From the IMG/VR virus record IMGVR_UViG_3300028789_000005: a DNA stretch of 64,000 nucleotides. One strand, 5' to 3'. Positions 15,921-24,988 of this stretch are shown piece after piece. The notes beneath the pieces are model-generated. The model was not told where the DNA came from and made no database searches. It worked only from the letters and a program-made list of their open reading frames with translations. The DNA comes from a virus. Taxonomy: Duplodnaviria; Heunggongvirae; Uroviricota; Caudoviricetes. Numbering within the stretch: position 1 is the first letter of the stretch; each line of letters opens with the position of its first letter. The translations under genes and the position numbers were made by a program.

Positions 15921-16378
15921 CTATCCCAGAGTATTGCGCCGAGGAGGTGTGGCGACAGGGGCACAACCTCGGCGAACTGGACGGCGTGGAGCGCGTCGGC
16001 TGGATGCTGGACGCCTGGAGCTACATGATATACACCGGGCGGCACGCTAGGACGCTGCTGACGGAGGACGTCGTCGCGCTGGGCACACGCGTCGAGCGCT
16101 ACAAGAACCGTCGCGGGCTGAGGACGTGCGAGGTGCGGGTGGGAAACTCCATTCCGCCGCGCGCCGTGGACGTTCCGAACCTGCTCGCGGACCTGCTGGC
16201 GCGGCAAGCGGAGCTCGCCCCGCTCGACTTCTACCGCCAGTTCGAGCTCATCCACCCGTTCGAGGACGGCAACGGGCGCGTGGGCAAGGTGCTGCTGAAC
16301 TGGAAGAACGGCACTTTGCTTAACGATCCCATATTCCCTCCGGGCGACTTCTGGGGGACGACGATCTTGAATCCGTAG
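15917..16378 (+). CDS. Fic/Doc-family protein (Fido domain)
   Basis: ORF track 15818..16378 trimmed to GTG 15917. Carries the Fic active-site motif HPFEDGNGRVGK (HxFx[D/E]GNGR). Confidence 0.6.
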   Translation: MTIPEYCAEEVWRQGHNLGELDGVERVGWMLDAWSYMIYTGRHARTLLTEDVVALGTRVERYKNRRGLRTCEVRVGNSIPPRAVDVPNLLADLLARQAELAPLDFYRQFELIHPFEDGNGRVGKVLLNWKNGTLLNDPIFPPGDFWGTTILNP

Positions 16379-16435
16379 CACCAGGAACCAAGGTGCTTGT
16401 CCATCACGCAGGTCAAACCAAGTCAAGGAGACACA

Positions 16436-16756
16436 ATGAATTTGAAGCACGCAGTACTCGCAGCAATGCTCGTAGCGCCGGTAGCATTCGCCCAAGCGGT
16501 AAAGCAGCCTAACGAACTGCAGAGCAGCAAGATTCAGCTCGCCATCAAGGACTATCAGCTGGCGCAGAAAGACCAGCAGATGCTGAAACAAGCTGAGGCG
16601 TACAGCGCCAAGGCACTGCAGTCAGCGGGACAAAACGTGGAGGCTACCGTGGCCAAGGTGAAAAAGGAACTCGGCTTACCCGATGACTACACATTCAACT
16701 ACCAGACTCTGCAGTACAAGAAGCCAGCCGCACCACCGGCACCGGTCAAGAAGTAA
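16436..16756 (+). CDS. secreted protein (Sec signal peptide MNLKHAVLAAMLVAPVAFA|QA)
   Basis: ORF track 16397..16756 trimmed to ATG 16436, with AAGGAGACACA upstream. Confidence 0.5.
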   Translation: MNLKHAVLAAMLVAPVAFAQAVKQPNELQSSKIQLAIKDYQLAQKDQQMLKQAEAYSAKALQSAGQNVEATVAKVKKELGLPDDYTFNYQTLQYKKPAAPPAPVKK

Positions 16757-16944
16757 TGCAACCGAGAACGGCTAATCACAGCATCAACCTGGCGCGCAAG
16801 CCCAATCGGAACGTGCACCATCCGGTTATAGCGGATACCGATTGGGGTCAGCGCGGCATGCGCGAAGGGCACTTGCGGAAGGTGCCATTCGCTGAAGTGC
16901 GCACATCCGTGCCATAAAGCCCTGCGAGGGGAAAGGAACAAGAT

Positions 16945-17427
16945 ATGAGAAACGCACTGCTCGTAATCGCATTACTGCTTGCCGCTTCGCTGGGAGCCTC
17001 AGCGCAGACCGCCACCGTGGCGCAGCTAACACCAGCAGAGGCCGCACAAGCCAAGGCGCTGCATGAAGCCAAGCTCGACCTGGAGAAGCGGCAGGGCGAA
17101 TTCGACGCCGCCATTCTGGATAAGTACAGCAGTATGCACGAAGCCGCGCAGTCCACGCACCCAGGACGCAGAATTCAATTATATGCATGGACGTACGGAT
17201 TTGAGTACAGCAGCGACTTCAAGTTCATTGTGTCGAAGTCAGCGCCGTGCTACGGCTCATCATGCGGCGCTACACTGCCTTGCGGCAGTTGGGTGACGTC
17301 GACTCCTGCCATTGTGCTTGACAGTGTTAAGCCAACCAACTGTATCAGCCTGAATGGAGGCCCTATGAACTGCGGTAGCAGCAGCGCTCCAACTTCGATA
17401 GGTAGTACTACGCCTTCAACCCACTAA
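16945..17427 (+). CDS. secreted Cys-containing protein (signal peptide MRNALLVIALLLAASLGASA|QT)
   Basis: ORF track; GAAAGGAACAAGAT upstream. Confidence 0.5.
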   Translation: MRNALLVIALLLAASLGASAQTATVAQLTPAEAAQAKALHEAKLDLEKRQGEFDAAILDKYSSMHEAAQSTHPGRRIQLYAWTYGFEYSSDFKFIVSKSAPCYGSSCGATLPCGSWVTSTPAIVLDSVKPTNCISLNGGPMNCGSSSAPTSIGSTTPSTH

Positions 17428-17456
17428 AGCAGCGACAGTACAAAGGAGAAATCACA

Positions 17457-18155
17457 ATGAAGCTAAGCGAAGCGATGATGTTGGGCAGCACGACGGTGAA
17501 GATGGTGGCGGGAGACTGGAACAGCTGCGTGCTGGGCGCGGCGTGCAATGCCATGGGAGTGGCGAAGCACAAAAGTTTGTACGAGACGATGATGGAATCA
17601 GGGTTCACTCTCGCCGACATGAAGATGGTGGATGGGAAGCCAGAAATCACGTTTAAGGGCTGCAAGGAACGCGAGGAGACCGTGAACCGCCGTCTCAAGG
17701 TGGTCGAACTTTGGCCGTGGCTCGCGCAGTGGATGAAGGCGTCGGAGGCTCCCGACTGGTTCCAGCAATGGTCGGTCAATATGAATATGGTTATCTCTCC
17801 AGTTACTACGGTGAAGGTCAGTACGATCATCGTAACGGCATTCGACTTCTTCATCTGCGAAGGAAAGATGACCCTGGAGCAGCTCGTGGATTGGGTGGCG
17901 TCGGTCGAGCCGTCCTGCGGCGAGTGCTGCGAGTACGAGTGCAAGTGCGGCAAGACGGAACTACTCGCCGTTGAGGACGAAGTGGCAATGCTGGAGCGCA
18001 TGGCGTCATTGGGCGCGCCGCTGGATCTGGATGACGATGAGGAAGACGATGAGGACGATGAGGAAGACGATGAGGACGATGAGGAAGACGATGAGGACGA
18101 TGAGGAAGACGAACTCGGCAGTGTGAAGCAGCGGAAGGGACGCATTCATGCCTAG
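17457..18155 (+). CDS. hypothetical protein with Cys cluster and poly-acidic C-terminal tail
   Basis: ORF track; CAAAGGAGAAATCACA upstream. Contains CGECCEYECKCGK, then DDDEEDDEDDEEDDEDDEEDDEDDEEDE. Confidence 0.55.
   Translation: MKLSEAMMLGSTTVKMVAGDWNSCVLGAACNAMGVAKHKSLYETMMESGFTLADMKMVDGKPEITFKGCKEREETVNRRLKVVELWPWLAQWMKASEAPDWFQQWSVNMNMVISPVTTVKVSTIIVTAFDFFICEGKMTLEQLVDWVASVEPSCGECCEYECKCGKTELLAVEDEVAMLERMASLGAPLDLDDDEEDDEDDEEDDEDDEEDDEDDEEDELGSVKQRKGRIHA
18034..18113. repeat. 21-bp tandem repeat (GATGAGGAAGACGATGAGGAC) x ~3.8 encoding the acidic tail
   Basis: Seen directly, inside the CDS 17457..18155. Confidence 0.6.
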
Positions 18156-18357
18156 ACGACCGCAGGAGCAGTACGTCGACATCGTCGTAGCCGCGTTGTC
18201 GGCGGCCTACGGTCCTAGGTACGAGGGCGGTTTCGCGCCGGTCACCGCCGCAATGGAGCGCTGGGCCTGCCAGAAGTGCGGCTCCGTGGTGGTCGACAAG
18301 GAGTCGCACGGGAGGTGGCATCGTGAGATGGCCGTGGTTTCATCAACGACTTACTAG
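18148..18357 (+). CDS. hypothetical small protein
   Basis: ORF track; overlaps the previous gene end by 8 nt. Confidence 0.4.
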   Translation: MPRRPQEQYVDIVVAALSAAYGPRYEGGFAPVTAAMERWACQKCGSVVVDKESHGRWHREMAVVSSTTY

Positions 18358-19255
18358 GAAAGACGATTGGGTTGAGCGGCAGAAGAGGCCGCCATGGAAC
18401 GTAGCAAGACCGTACTTCAAACCGCCGGTAACCGTTACGCGACCAAGCGCGACGCAGCAACTGCGGGAGCTTATCGACTGGCATCAACGAATGGAAAGGG
18501 AGAAACAGATGGCGAAGTTCAAGATCGGCGATCGAGTGAAGACCAGGAGCGGAATCATCGGTCACGTGGTAAATGAGGGTTCGCCGCAGTACCGCGTGCG
18601 AGCAGCGTACGGCGAATATTATTGGTGCGCTTCTGAGTTCATGGAACCCTGGCAGGAGATCAAGGTCGGGCAGAGGGTGCGTATTACTAGTGTGCCGCAC
18701 GGCAGTGTCGCTTCTGAGTACATTGGCTACGTCGGAACGGTACACCAGCCGGAGTTCAACGGGATATTTGCGGTCCGGCTAGGCGAAGGAACTTTGCTCT
18801 ACTGCGCCCGTTCCATGGTGCAGTTCCTGGAACCGTTGTTGGATCCGGACTACTCGTTCATGTATCTTGGTTGCGACAAGGCGAAGAAGCCGCTGCTGGA
18901 TCAAACGTTCATCACCACTAGCTATCAAAGCTCGGATGCGCGCTGCATCGGACAAGAACTGTACGATGTGACGCTGAAAGGTGTAGTTAAACTGCCGGGA
19001 AATTGCTTCAGCTCTGAGCTGAAGCTGACGCTGGATAAGGTGGGCGCACTCGCCGATCCGGCGAAGAAGTTCCGCGTCACCGTGACGGAGGTCGAGGAGC
19101 CAACACCGCTGCCGTGCCCTTGTTGCGGTACCAGCAATTACGTGTGCAGCCGAGATTTTCCAACCAGCATCTACTGCGTAACTTGCAGCCTGTCGATCAC
19201 CGGCAAGACGTTCGCCGAGTGCGCGGCGAAGTGGAACCGGAGGTGCGGCAAATGA
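18323..19255 (+). CDS. hypothetical protein with tandem KOW/SH3-like beta segments and a C-terminal zinc ribbon
   Basis: ORF track; GGAGGTG 10 nt upstream of ATG 18323, with an alternative ATG at about 18510. Repeated KIGDRVKTRSGIIGHVV / VGQRVRITSVPHGSVASEYIGYVGTV. C-terminal CPCCGTSNYVC...CVTCS. Confidence 0.5.
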   Translation: MRWPWFHQRLTRKDDWVERQKRPPWNVARPYFKPPVTVTRPSATQQLRELIDWHQRMEREKQMAKFKIGDRVKTRSGIIGHVVNEGSPQYRVRAAYGEYYWCASEFMEPWQEIKVGQRVRITSVPHGSVASEYIGYVGTVHQPEFNGIFAVRLGEGTLLYCARSMVQFLEPLLDPDYSFMYLGCDKAKKPLLDQTFITTSYQSSDARCIGQELYDVTLKGVVKLPGNCFSSELKLTLDKVGALADPAKKFRVTVTEVEEPTPLPCPCCGTSNYVCSRDFPTSIYCVTCSLSITGKTFAECAAKWNRRCGK

Positions 19256-19458
19256 GGGGTGCCATTATATGCGACTTCCACCCGGCGGCCGAGGAGCCGC
19301 CGCTTACGCGCAAGATATACGGCTCCGCGTACAGTCCTGACTGCCTGTTGAAGCTGGAAGGCGGCGGTTGGGCTGTCGGCATGTACATCAAAGGCGAAGG
19401 CTGGGAAAGTGACGAAGGCTACACCTACAATGTGAAGGAATGGGCCCTGCTGCCATGA
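19252..19458 (+). CDS. hypothetical small protein
   Basis: ORF track 19114..19458 trimmed to ATG 19252 (ATGA overlap). Confidence 0.4.
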   Translation: MRGAIICDFHPAAEEPPLTRKIYGSAYSPDCLLKLEGGGWAVGMYIKGEGWESDEGYTYNVKEWALLP

Positions 19459-19655
19459 TAGAAGACGTTTGGCGCGACACGCCCGAACTGTACGAACGAG
19501 TGCGGGACACCGAACCGAAGACATGCTGTATTTGCGGAGCGAGGCCGGCGCTGCGCAAGGTGGCTAAGAAGGGCTACTGCAGGGACCACTACGCCAACGC
19601 CGTCAGCGCGGCGTCCGGCGCTCCACTGGTGCTGAAGGAGGAGGAACTGCTGTGA
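19455..19655 (+). CDS. hypothetical small protein
   Basis: ORF track 19440..19655 trimmed to ATG 19455 (ATGA overlap). Confidence 0.4.
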   Translation: MIEDVWRDTPELYERVRDTEPKTCCICGARPALRKVAKKGYCRDHYANAVSAASGAPLVLKEEELL

Positions 19656-19716
19656 GCTATGTCGTGGTATTTGTCCTGCTGATGCTGGCGGCCTGCTATC
19701 TGGGAGCGCGGCGCAG

Positions 19717-20037
19717 ATGAGGCTGCAGAGGCGCCTGGAGCAGGTGTACGATGAGGTCAACCGCGGCCACTACGGGGGCAGGCTGCCGGAGGACCTGGAG
19801 ATAAGGATCTACAAGATGAGGCTGGCCGGGCGCTGGGTGCTGCACATGGATGATACCCACGCCATATGGGTGTCGGACGACCTGCCGGAGTTCGCCGCCT
19901 GCATCACGCTGGTGCACGAGGTGGTACACGTGCGCTGCCACCAGATGGGCTGGACGGACCATGAGACACACGGGCCGAGTTTCTTGAAGGAAAGGAAGCG
20001 CCTCCGCGACCGCGGGGTGTTTGATAGGTGGCTGTGA
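19717..20037 (+). CDS. SprT-like zinc metallopeptidase-domain protein (HExxH)
   Basis: ORF track. ITLVHEVVHVRCH contains HEVVH; the size and context are typical of SprT-like/WLM-like domains. Confidence 0.45.
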   Translation: MRLQRRLEQVYDEVNRGHYGGRLPEDLEIRIYKMRLAGRWVLHMDDTHAIWVSDDLPEFAACITLVHEVVHVRCHQMGWTDHETHGPSFLKERKRLRDRGVFDRWL

Positions 20038-20080
20038 TGGTCGTAGCTGGGCTGGCAGGTTACGGCAGCTTGACTGGCGT

Positions 20081-20086
20081 TATAAT
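20081..20086 (+). promoter_or_regulatory. promoter-like -10 box (gcGTTATAATt) 44 nt upstream of the 20125 start
   Basis: gYTATAAT motif family; TTGACT lies only 5 nt upstream, so the -35 is non-canonical. Confidence 0.35.
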
Positions 20087-20124
20087 TAGGCAACGCAGTA
20101 AGAAGAACCCTCAGGAGAAATGAA

Positions 20125-22413
20125 ATGACTGTAAAGACTAAGAAAGTGACGCAGACCGACCTGGACTTCACCGTGTTCAGTCGCGCGGTGGCCGCCCAGT
20201 TCCAGCGCATGAGCGCGCATCCGCTGTTCCGCGCATCAACCAGCAAGGACGATATGTGGGCCATATACCAGGCCGCTTGGCCGGAGGGCACCAACGAGAT
20301 CTTCCGCGAGCGGCGGGAGCATGATTGCCAGAAGTGCAAGCACTTCATCCGAGCGGTCGGCGGCGTCGTGGCCGTGATCGACGGCGAGCTTGTCAGTATT
20401 TGGGACGCGGAGATGCCCGAGCCGTACGCCACGGTGGCTGCGGCCATGTCGCGCTACGTGGAATCTTGCGCCATCGACAACGTGTTCCTCACGTCGGAGC
20501 GCACGGCGGGGGTGGCGAAGAATTTTCAGCAGGTCATAACTGCCCTAGAGTTCCAAGACTCATTCGCGAAGGCTTCGGCTACACCGCTAAAGAGCGAACG
20601 CGTGATCGAGTGGAACCACTTCAGCGTCGCCATCCCGGACCGCTTCGTCGTCTCGAAGAAGGACATCGGGCCGAAACTGGCCGACGCCCGCGCCACGCAC
20701 GACGTTCTGCTGCGCGGACTGCAGGAGCTCACGCTGGACTCGGTCGACACGGTGCTCGAGTTGATTGCGCAGAACTCGCTCTACCGTGGGGAGGAGTATA
20801 AGCATTCGTTGCAGACGTTCCGGGCGTTGAAGGTGAAGTTCGACGCCGTGAGTCCTGCCATGCAGCTTTCTCTGAATAACCGAGCGGCAGCGGATGAAGT
20901 GCTGAACGAACGACGCGACCAGTTCGCGTGGCTCCACGCCCAGGCCGCGCACCCGACAGCGAGTCGGATTCGCAACACGGCCATTGGCACGCTGCTGATC
21001 GACCTGTCGGCCGGGATCGAGCTCGAGGACGCCGTCAAGAAGTTCGAGACGTCCGTCATGGCCCCATCCAATTACAAGCGGCCCACGGCGCTGGTTTCCA
21101 AGGCCATGATCGAGAAGGCGCGCGTGAAAATCGACGAGCTGGGGCTGGCGTCGGCTTTGGAGCGTCGCTACGCCGTCATAGACGACATCACGGTGAACAA
21201 TATCCTGTTCGCCGACCGATCGGCCAAGGTGCTGAGGGGCCAGCGCGGCGGTGGTAAGACGGCCGAGAGCGCGTTCGCGGAACTGGCGGAGAAGATCCCC
21301 GAGGACGTCAAGAAGCTGGACCGCGTGGAGGAGATCGGCATCGAGAAGTTCCTCAAGGACGTGCTTCCGAAGGCGACCTCGCTGGAGGTTCTGTTTGAGA
21401 ACAAGCACGCCGGGAACCTCGTCAGCCTTATCGCGCCAGTCGACCCCACGGCTAAGAACCTGTTCAAGTGGCCCAACAAGTTCTCCTGGTCGTACGCGGG
21501 GGACGTGGCGGACTCCATCAAGGAGCGCGTCAAGCGCGCCGGAGGAAGCGTAGTCGGCGACCTTTGCTGCCGGCTGGCCTGGGACTACACGGACGACCTG
21601 GATTTCCACATGATTGAGCCAGCTGGCGCGGGGCGTGGAAGAGGCGGTTTCGGCACCGGTAGCACGCATATCTTCTACGGCAACGTACGCAGGCCGTCTG
21701 CCAGCGGAGGCATTCTGGACCTGGACGCCAACGGTTGCGACGGCCTGAAGGCTGAACCAGCGGAGAACATCTTCTACGCCGACAAGGCCAACATGGCGGA
21801 GGGCGTGTACGAGCTGACGGTAAACAACTACTCGCGACGCTCGACCGGAAGTGGATTCGAGGCGCAGGTGGAGTTTGGCGGCGTCACGCACAACTTCGTC
21901 TACGAGAAGGCGCTGCGCACCGGAGAGACGGTAAGCGTAGCCAAGGTGAAGTACAGCCATGCGGCTGGGTTCGAGATTATCGAGTCGTTGCCGTCGACGC
22001 AAACCTCCAAGGAGGTTTGGGGTATGCAGACGCAGACCTTTCGCAAGGCGAACGTGGTCATGCTGTCGCCGAATTGGTGGGATGGCTACGCGCCTGGCAC
22101 CGCGACGTTCGAATCACTCGGAGACGTGGAAGCTGACGAGCGGGTGGCGAAGGCGTTCGGTATCGGCAACAAGCACTACTTCTTCATGCTGGAGGGCTGC
22201 GCCAACGAGGGCAAGGCTCGCGGCTACTACAATGAATTCTTGCGCGCGGACCTGGAACCGCACCGCAAGGTCATGGAGATGGTGGGGGCCAAGATGCGCA
22301 CGGACGAGGCCGCGCACCAGTTGTCTGGCTTAGGCTTCTCGTCTACACAGAGGGCTGAGCTAACCGTGCGGGTCGGCGGAACGTTCAGCCGTGTCGTAAA
22401 GGTGGTGTTCTAG
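20125..22413 (+). CDS. large hypothetical protein (762 aa) with a Walker A-like GQRGGGKT motif
   Basis: ORF track; AGGAGAAATGAA upstream. No confident family assignment. Notable segments: GDLCCRLAWDYTDDLDFHMIEPAG and DLDANGCDG. Confidence 0.6.
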   Translation: MTVKTKKVTQTDLDFTVFSRAVAAQFQRMSAHPLFRASTSKDDMWAIYQAAWPEGTNEIFRERREHDCQKCKHFIRAVGGVVAVIDGELVSIWDAEMPEPYATVAAAMSRYVESCAIDNVFLTSERTAGVAKNFQQVITALEFQDSFAKASATPLKSERVIEWNHFSVAIPDRFVVSKKDIGPKLADARATHDVLLRGLQELTLDSVDTVLELIAQNSLYRGEEYKHSLQTFRALKVKFDAVSPAMQLSLNNRAAADEVLNERRDQFAWLHAQAAHPTASRIRNTAIGTLLIDLSAGIELEDAVKKFETSVMAPSNYKRPTALVSKAMIEKARVKIDELGLASALERRYAVIDDITVNNILFADRSAKVLRGQRGGGKTAESAFAELAEKIPEDVKKLDRVEEIGIEKFLKDVLPKATSLEVLFENKHAGNLVSLIAPVDPTAKNLFKWPNKFSWSYAGDVADSIKERVKRAGGSVVGDLCCRLAWDYTDDLDFHMIEPAGAGRGRGGFGTGSTHIFYGNVRRPSASGGILDLDANGCDGLKAEPAENIFYADKANMAEGVYELTVNNYSRRSTGSGFEAQVEFGGVTHNFVYEKALRTGETVSVAKVKYSHAAGFEIIESLPSTQTSKEVWGMQTQTFRKANVVMLSPNWWDGYAPGTATFESLGDVEADERVAKAFGIGNKHYFFMLEGCANEGKARGYYNEFLRADLEPHRKVMEMVGAKMRTDEAAHQLSGLGFSSTQRAELTVRVGGTFSRVVKVVF

Positions 22414-22673
22414 TGGGCGATTGCACCGTATGTGGCGAAAACTGCATGGCCGATGTGCGCGAAGCATTTCCAGGCTGTCGTTACCAAGACTATAACAACA
22501 GCATTTGGAAAGTAGCTAGCGGCGACATGCGCGATGATGACCCACCACTCGGCAGTGGACCGACAGAGGCATTTGCATACCATGACGCCGCCGGTCGGCT
22601 GTTCAAGGTGCAAGAACTCCGAAGACGTCGTGAGCTGGTAAAAGAAGAGAAGACGGCCGAAGATGAGAACTGA
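22413..22673 (+). CDS. hypothetical small protein
   Basis: ORF track; GTG start overlapping the previous stop by 1 nt. Confidence 0.4.
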   Translation: MGDCTVCGENCMADVREAFPGCRYQDYNNSIWKVASGDMRDDDPPLGSGPTEAFAYHDAAGRLFKVQELRRRRELVKEEKTAEDEN

Positions 22674-22863
22674 GTTCCATGGACTGTTGGTGCTGAAGAC
22701 GGGAGAGTTGGTAGTTGTGGACGCTGAAGTAAAGCTGTTCACAACTAGCAGCGCTGCTAAAGACTTCTACTTTGCAGAGTTTACACTAGAGCAATGTATT
22801 CCCGTCGTAGTGACGATTGAGAGCGTGGTGTCGCAAGTTGTGTTAACGGAAAGGAAGCAATGA
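22663..22863 (+). CDS. hypothetical small protein
   Basis: ORF track. Confidence 0.4.
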   Translation: MRTEFHGLLVLKTGELVVVDAEVKLFTTSSAAKDFYFAEFTLEQCIPVVVTIESVVSQVVLTERKQ

Positions 22864-23096
22864 TGTTCACATTAGATGCAGCACAGAAGAGTAAGCTACG
22901 CACTTGGCAGCAGGAACAGGAAGAACTGGTTAAAAGCGAAGGCAAGAATGTCGATCTAAATGGCGAGCCTTACTACGGCGCTATAGGCGGCGAACTTACA
23001 TATTCATTCACGCCAACTTCACTGGCGATAATTGTGAAAGTAAAGCACGCTGTAACAGAGAACGAGATTGATCTCAGCGACTACGACAGCTTCTAG
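22860..23096 (+). CDS. hypothetical small protein
   Basis: ORF track; ATGA overlap. Confidence 0.4.
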   Translation: MMFTLDAAQKSKLRTWQQEQEELVKSEGKNVDLNGEPYYGAIGGELTYSFTPTSLAIIVKVKHAVTENEIDLSDYDSF

Positions 23097-23098
23097 GC

Positions 23099-23104
23099 TA
23101 TAAT
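23099..23104 (+). promoter_or_regulatory. promoter-like -10 box (ggCTATAATc) 46 nt upstream of the 23150 start
   Basis: gYTATAAT motif family. Confidence 0.3.
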
Positions 23105-23149
23105 CAAACCAATGGCACCATACTCGCACCACAGAAAAGGAGAACCACA

Positions 23150-23548
23150 ATGTCAGAAGCAAACTTCGAACGTGCGTCACGGCTGAAGATCCGTTTCGCG
23201 ACCACCCTCGGCACCATCTCACCCGAAGATCTCTGGGACCTTCCGCTCACTTCCGGCCGCTCGGTAAGCCTGGACGACATCGCCCGGTCGCTGAATAGCG
23301 AACTCAAGAGTGCCATGAACGAGAGCTTCGTGCTGAAGGCCACGGAGGCCGACGAGAAACTCCAGTTGGGCTTCGACATCGTGAAGCATATCATCGATAT
23401 CAAACTGGCGGAGCGCGAAGTGGCGGCGACCGCAGCGGCGAAGAAGGCCGAGAAGCAGAAACTGCTCGGTCTCATCGCGGAGAAGCAGGAAGGAGCCTTG
23501 AAGGAGAAGTCCGTCGAGGAGCTCCAGGCTATGGTCGAGGCGCTGTAA
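23150..23548 (+). CDS. hypothetical protein (coiled-coil rich)
   Basis: ORF track; AAAGGAGAACCACA upstream. Confidence 0.45.
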   Translation: MSEANFERASRLKIRFATTLGTISPEDLWDLPLTSGRSVSLDDIARSLNSELKSAMNESFVLKATEADEKLQLGFDIVKHIIDIKLAEREVAATAAAKKAEKQKLLGLIAEKQEGALKEKSVEELQAMVEAL

Positions 23549-23674
23549 TTGATTCCTGCCACAGGAAACCGCCCACGTGCCGCTTGACGTCGAAGTGGAA
23601 GATCGGGCTTGTGGCTGGAAAGATGCGGAAAGCATTGAGCGGCTTCCGTATACCAACAGAGCAAAGGAGCGCCT

Positions 23675-23896
23675 ATGTTAGACATGATTGCAATAGAGAT
23701 GGCGCTGGAGAAGTTCAGAGCGAAGTGTCCTGATTCATACAAGGGCGTCGACGACTCTGAAACTATCTGCGCCATCTTGGGCTCTGCCGGCATGTTTGGA
23801 AGCATGGCGGCGCGTGCTACTAGCGAGCTGTGCCGTCTGCAAGCGAACATCGATGCGACGTTGTCGCCGGAATTTTGGAAAGAGGTAGACAAATGA
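23675..23896 (+). CDS. hypothetical small protein
   Basis: ORF track; CAAAGGAGCGCCT upstream. Confidence 0.4.
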   Translation: MLDMIAIEMALEKFRAKCPDSYKGVDDSETICAILGSAGMFGSMAARATSELCRLQANIDATLSPEFWKEVDK

Positions 23897-24099
23897 GAAC
23901 CATGTCGGTAGGGAAGTGGAGTAAGCTGCCAAGCGTGTACAAGGAAGTCCGCAACGGACGATACTGTGTCATGCTGGCTGGCAAGATGAGGCCGGTGATG
24001 CTGATCGGAGCCGCTACCAGGGAAGCGGAGACGGATATGAAGACTGAGTCGTGGACGCCGGCGCATTCGTTGGCGGCGTTCGCAAGGGAGGCGGGATGA
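23893..24099 (+). CDS. hypothetical small protein
   Basis: ORF track 23830..24099 trimmed to ATG 23893 (ATGA overlap). Confidence 0.4.
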   Translation: MRTMSVGKWSKLPSVYKEVRNGRYCVMLAGKMRPVMLIGAATREAETDMKTESWTPAHSLAAFAREAG

Positions 24100-24452
24100 G
24101 CTTGAAAAGCGTGCGGTACTGCGACGAATGCGGAGCGGCCAAGACCATCGCCAACCATTGGTGGGCCGTCTCCAACACGGCGGAAGCGCCTCTGTTCATG
24201 ACCTCCAAGAGCGCCGACAAGCTGCTGCACAAGGACGCGTTCCGGCTGGATTACTGCAGCTACACCTGCGTCGGCACGGTGTTCAACCGCTGGCTGGACA
24301 CTGGCTCCGTCGTCAAGAAGAAGCCGCGCCCGATCAAGGCGGTGGCCGTTGCCAAGGCGATAGAACCCGAACTCGACGAGACAGAGGAAGAGTACGCTCG
24401 GTTGCTTACACCGTCAGAGGTAGAAAAGGAAGCGTATGCAGCTGTTTATTGA
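24096..24452 (+). CDS. hypothetical protein with N-terminal CxxC pair
   Basis: ORF track 24051..24452 trimmed to ATG 24096 (ATGA overlap). Confidence 0.45.
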   Translation: MSLKSVRYCDECGAAKTIANHWWAVSNTAEAPLFMTSKSADKLLHKDAFRLDYCSYTCVGTVFNRWLDTGSVVKKKPRPIKAVAVAKAIEPELDETEEEYARLLTPSEVEKEAYAAVY

Positions 24453-24906
24453 TTGTGACGGTGTGTTAGCGGACTTCGATCAATACTTCATCGACCACTA
24501 CGGACGACATCCGACACTGGTGGAGGAAGAGCACGGCAGTAAACGACTGTGGCAAGATCTGCAGGACCATGAAGATTACTACTTCAAGCTGCCGCTCATG
24601 CCGGACGCCATGGAGCTGTACGATAGCGTCAAGCATCTGAATCCGATCATTCTGACTGGAAGACCAGCAAGCGGACTATGGGCCGTGGATCAAAAGATTC
24701 GTTGGACGGCCAAGCATTTTCCAGGCGTACCGACCATCGTCTGTCTATCGCGTGACAAGTGCCATCACATGACCGCGCCTGGAGACATACTCGTGGATGA
24801 TCGGGTGAAGTACGCACCATTTTGGACTGACGCTGGCGGAGTGTTCGTTCATCACAAGTCGGCGGAAGCGACGATTGTTACACTAGAGAGGCTGGGTTTG
24901 CTGTGA
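24436..24906 (+). CDS. HAD-superfamily 5'(3')-deoxyribonucleotidase-like protein
   Basis: ORF track. The N-terminal FIDCDGVLADF is HAD motif I (DxDGVLxDF), as in NT5C-type deoxynucleotidases. Confidence 0.6.
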   Translation: MQLFIDCDGVLADFDQYFIDHYGRHPTLVEEEHGSKRLWQDLQDHEDYYFKLPLMPDAMELYDSVKHLNPIILTGRPASGLWAVDQKIRWTAKHFPGVPTIVCLSRDKCHHMTAPGDILVDDRVKYAPFWTDAGGVFVHHKSAEATIVTLERLGLL

Positions 24907-24988
24907 AACATTTATGGCACGAGTTCATCGGCGTGCTTGGTATGATCTGGAGCGCTATTTTATTTCTATTCACAGGACTTGGTGATCA

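Noticed and set aside
7368-18113. Tandem repeats at 7368-7412 and 18034-18113 considered as possible CRISPR-like arrays
   Set aside because: The units are 9 bp and 21 bp with no spacers. They are perfectly in phase with coding frames and have no leader or cas context. They are simple tandem repeats.
20587-22002. 471-aa minus-strand ORF antisense to the 762-aa early gene. Similar long antisense ORFs occur at 15644..16591, 23104..24066, 32819..33736, 7186..8091, 5366..6031, 12799..13314 and 10047..10415.
   Set aside because: They are Arg/Pro/Gly/Ala-rich and lack RBSs. They fully overlap plus-strand genes that carry recognisable domains, RBSs and coupled starts. These are the usual open antisense frames of GC-rich coding DNA.
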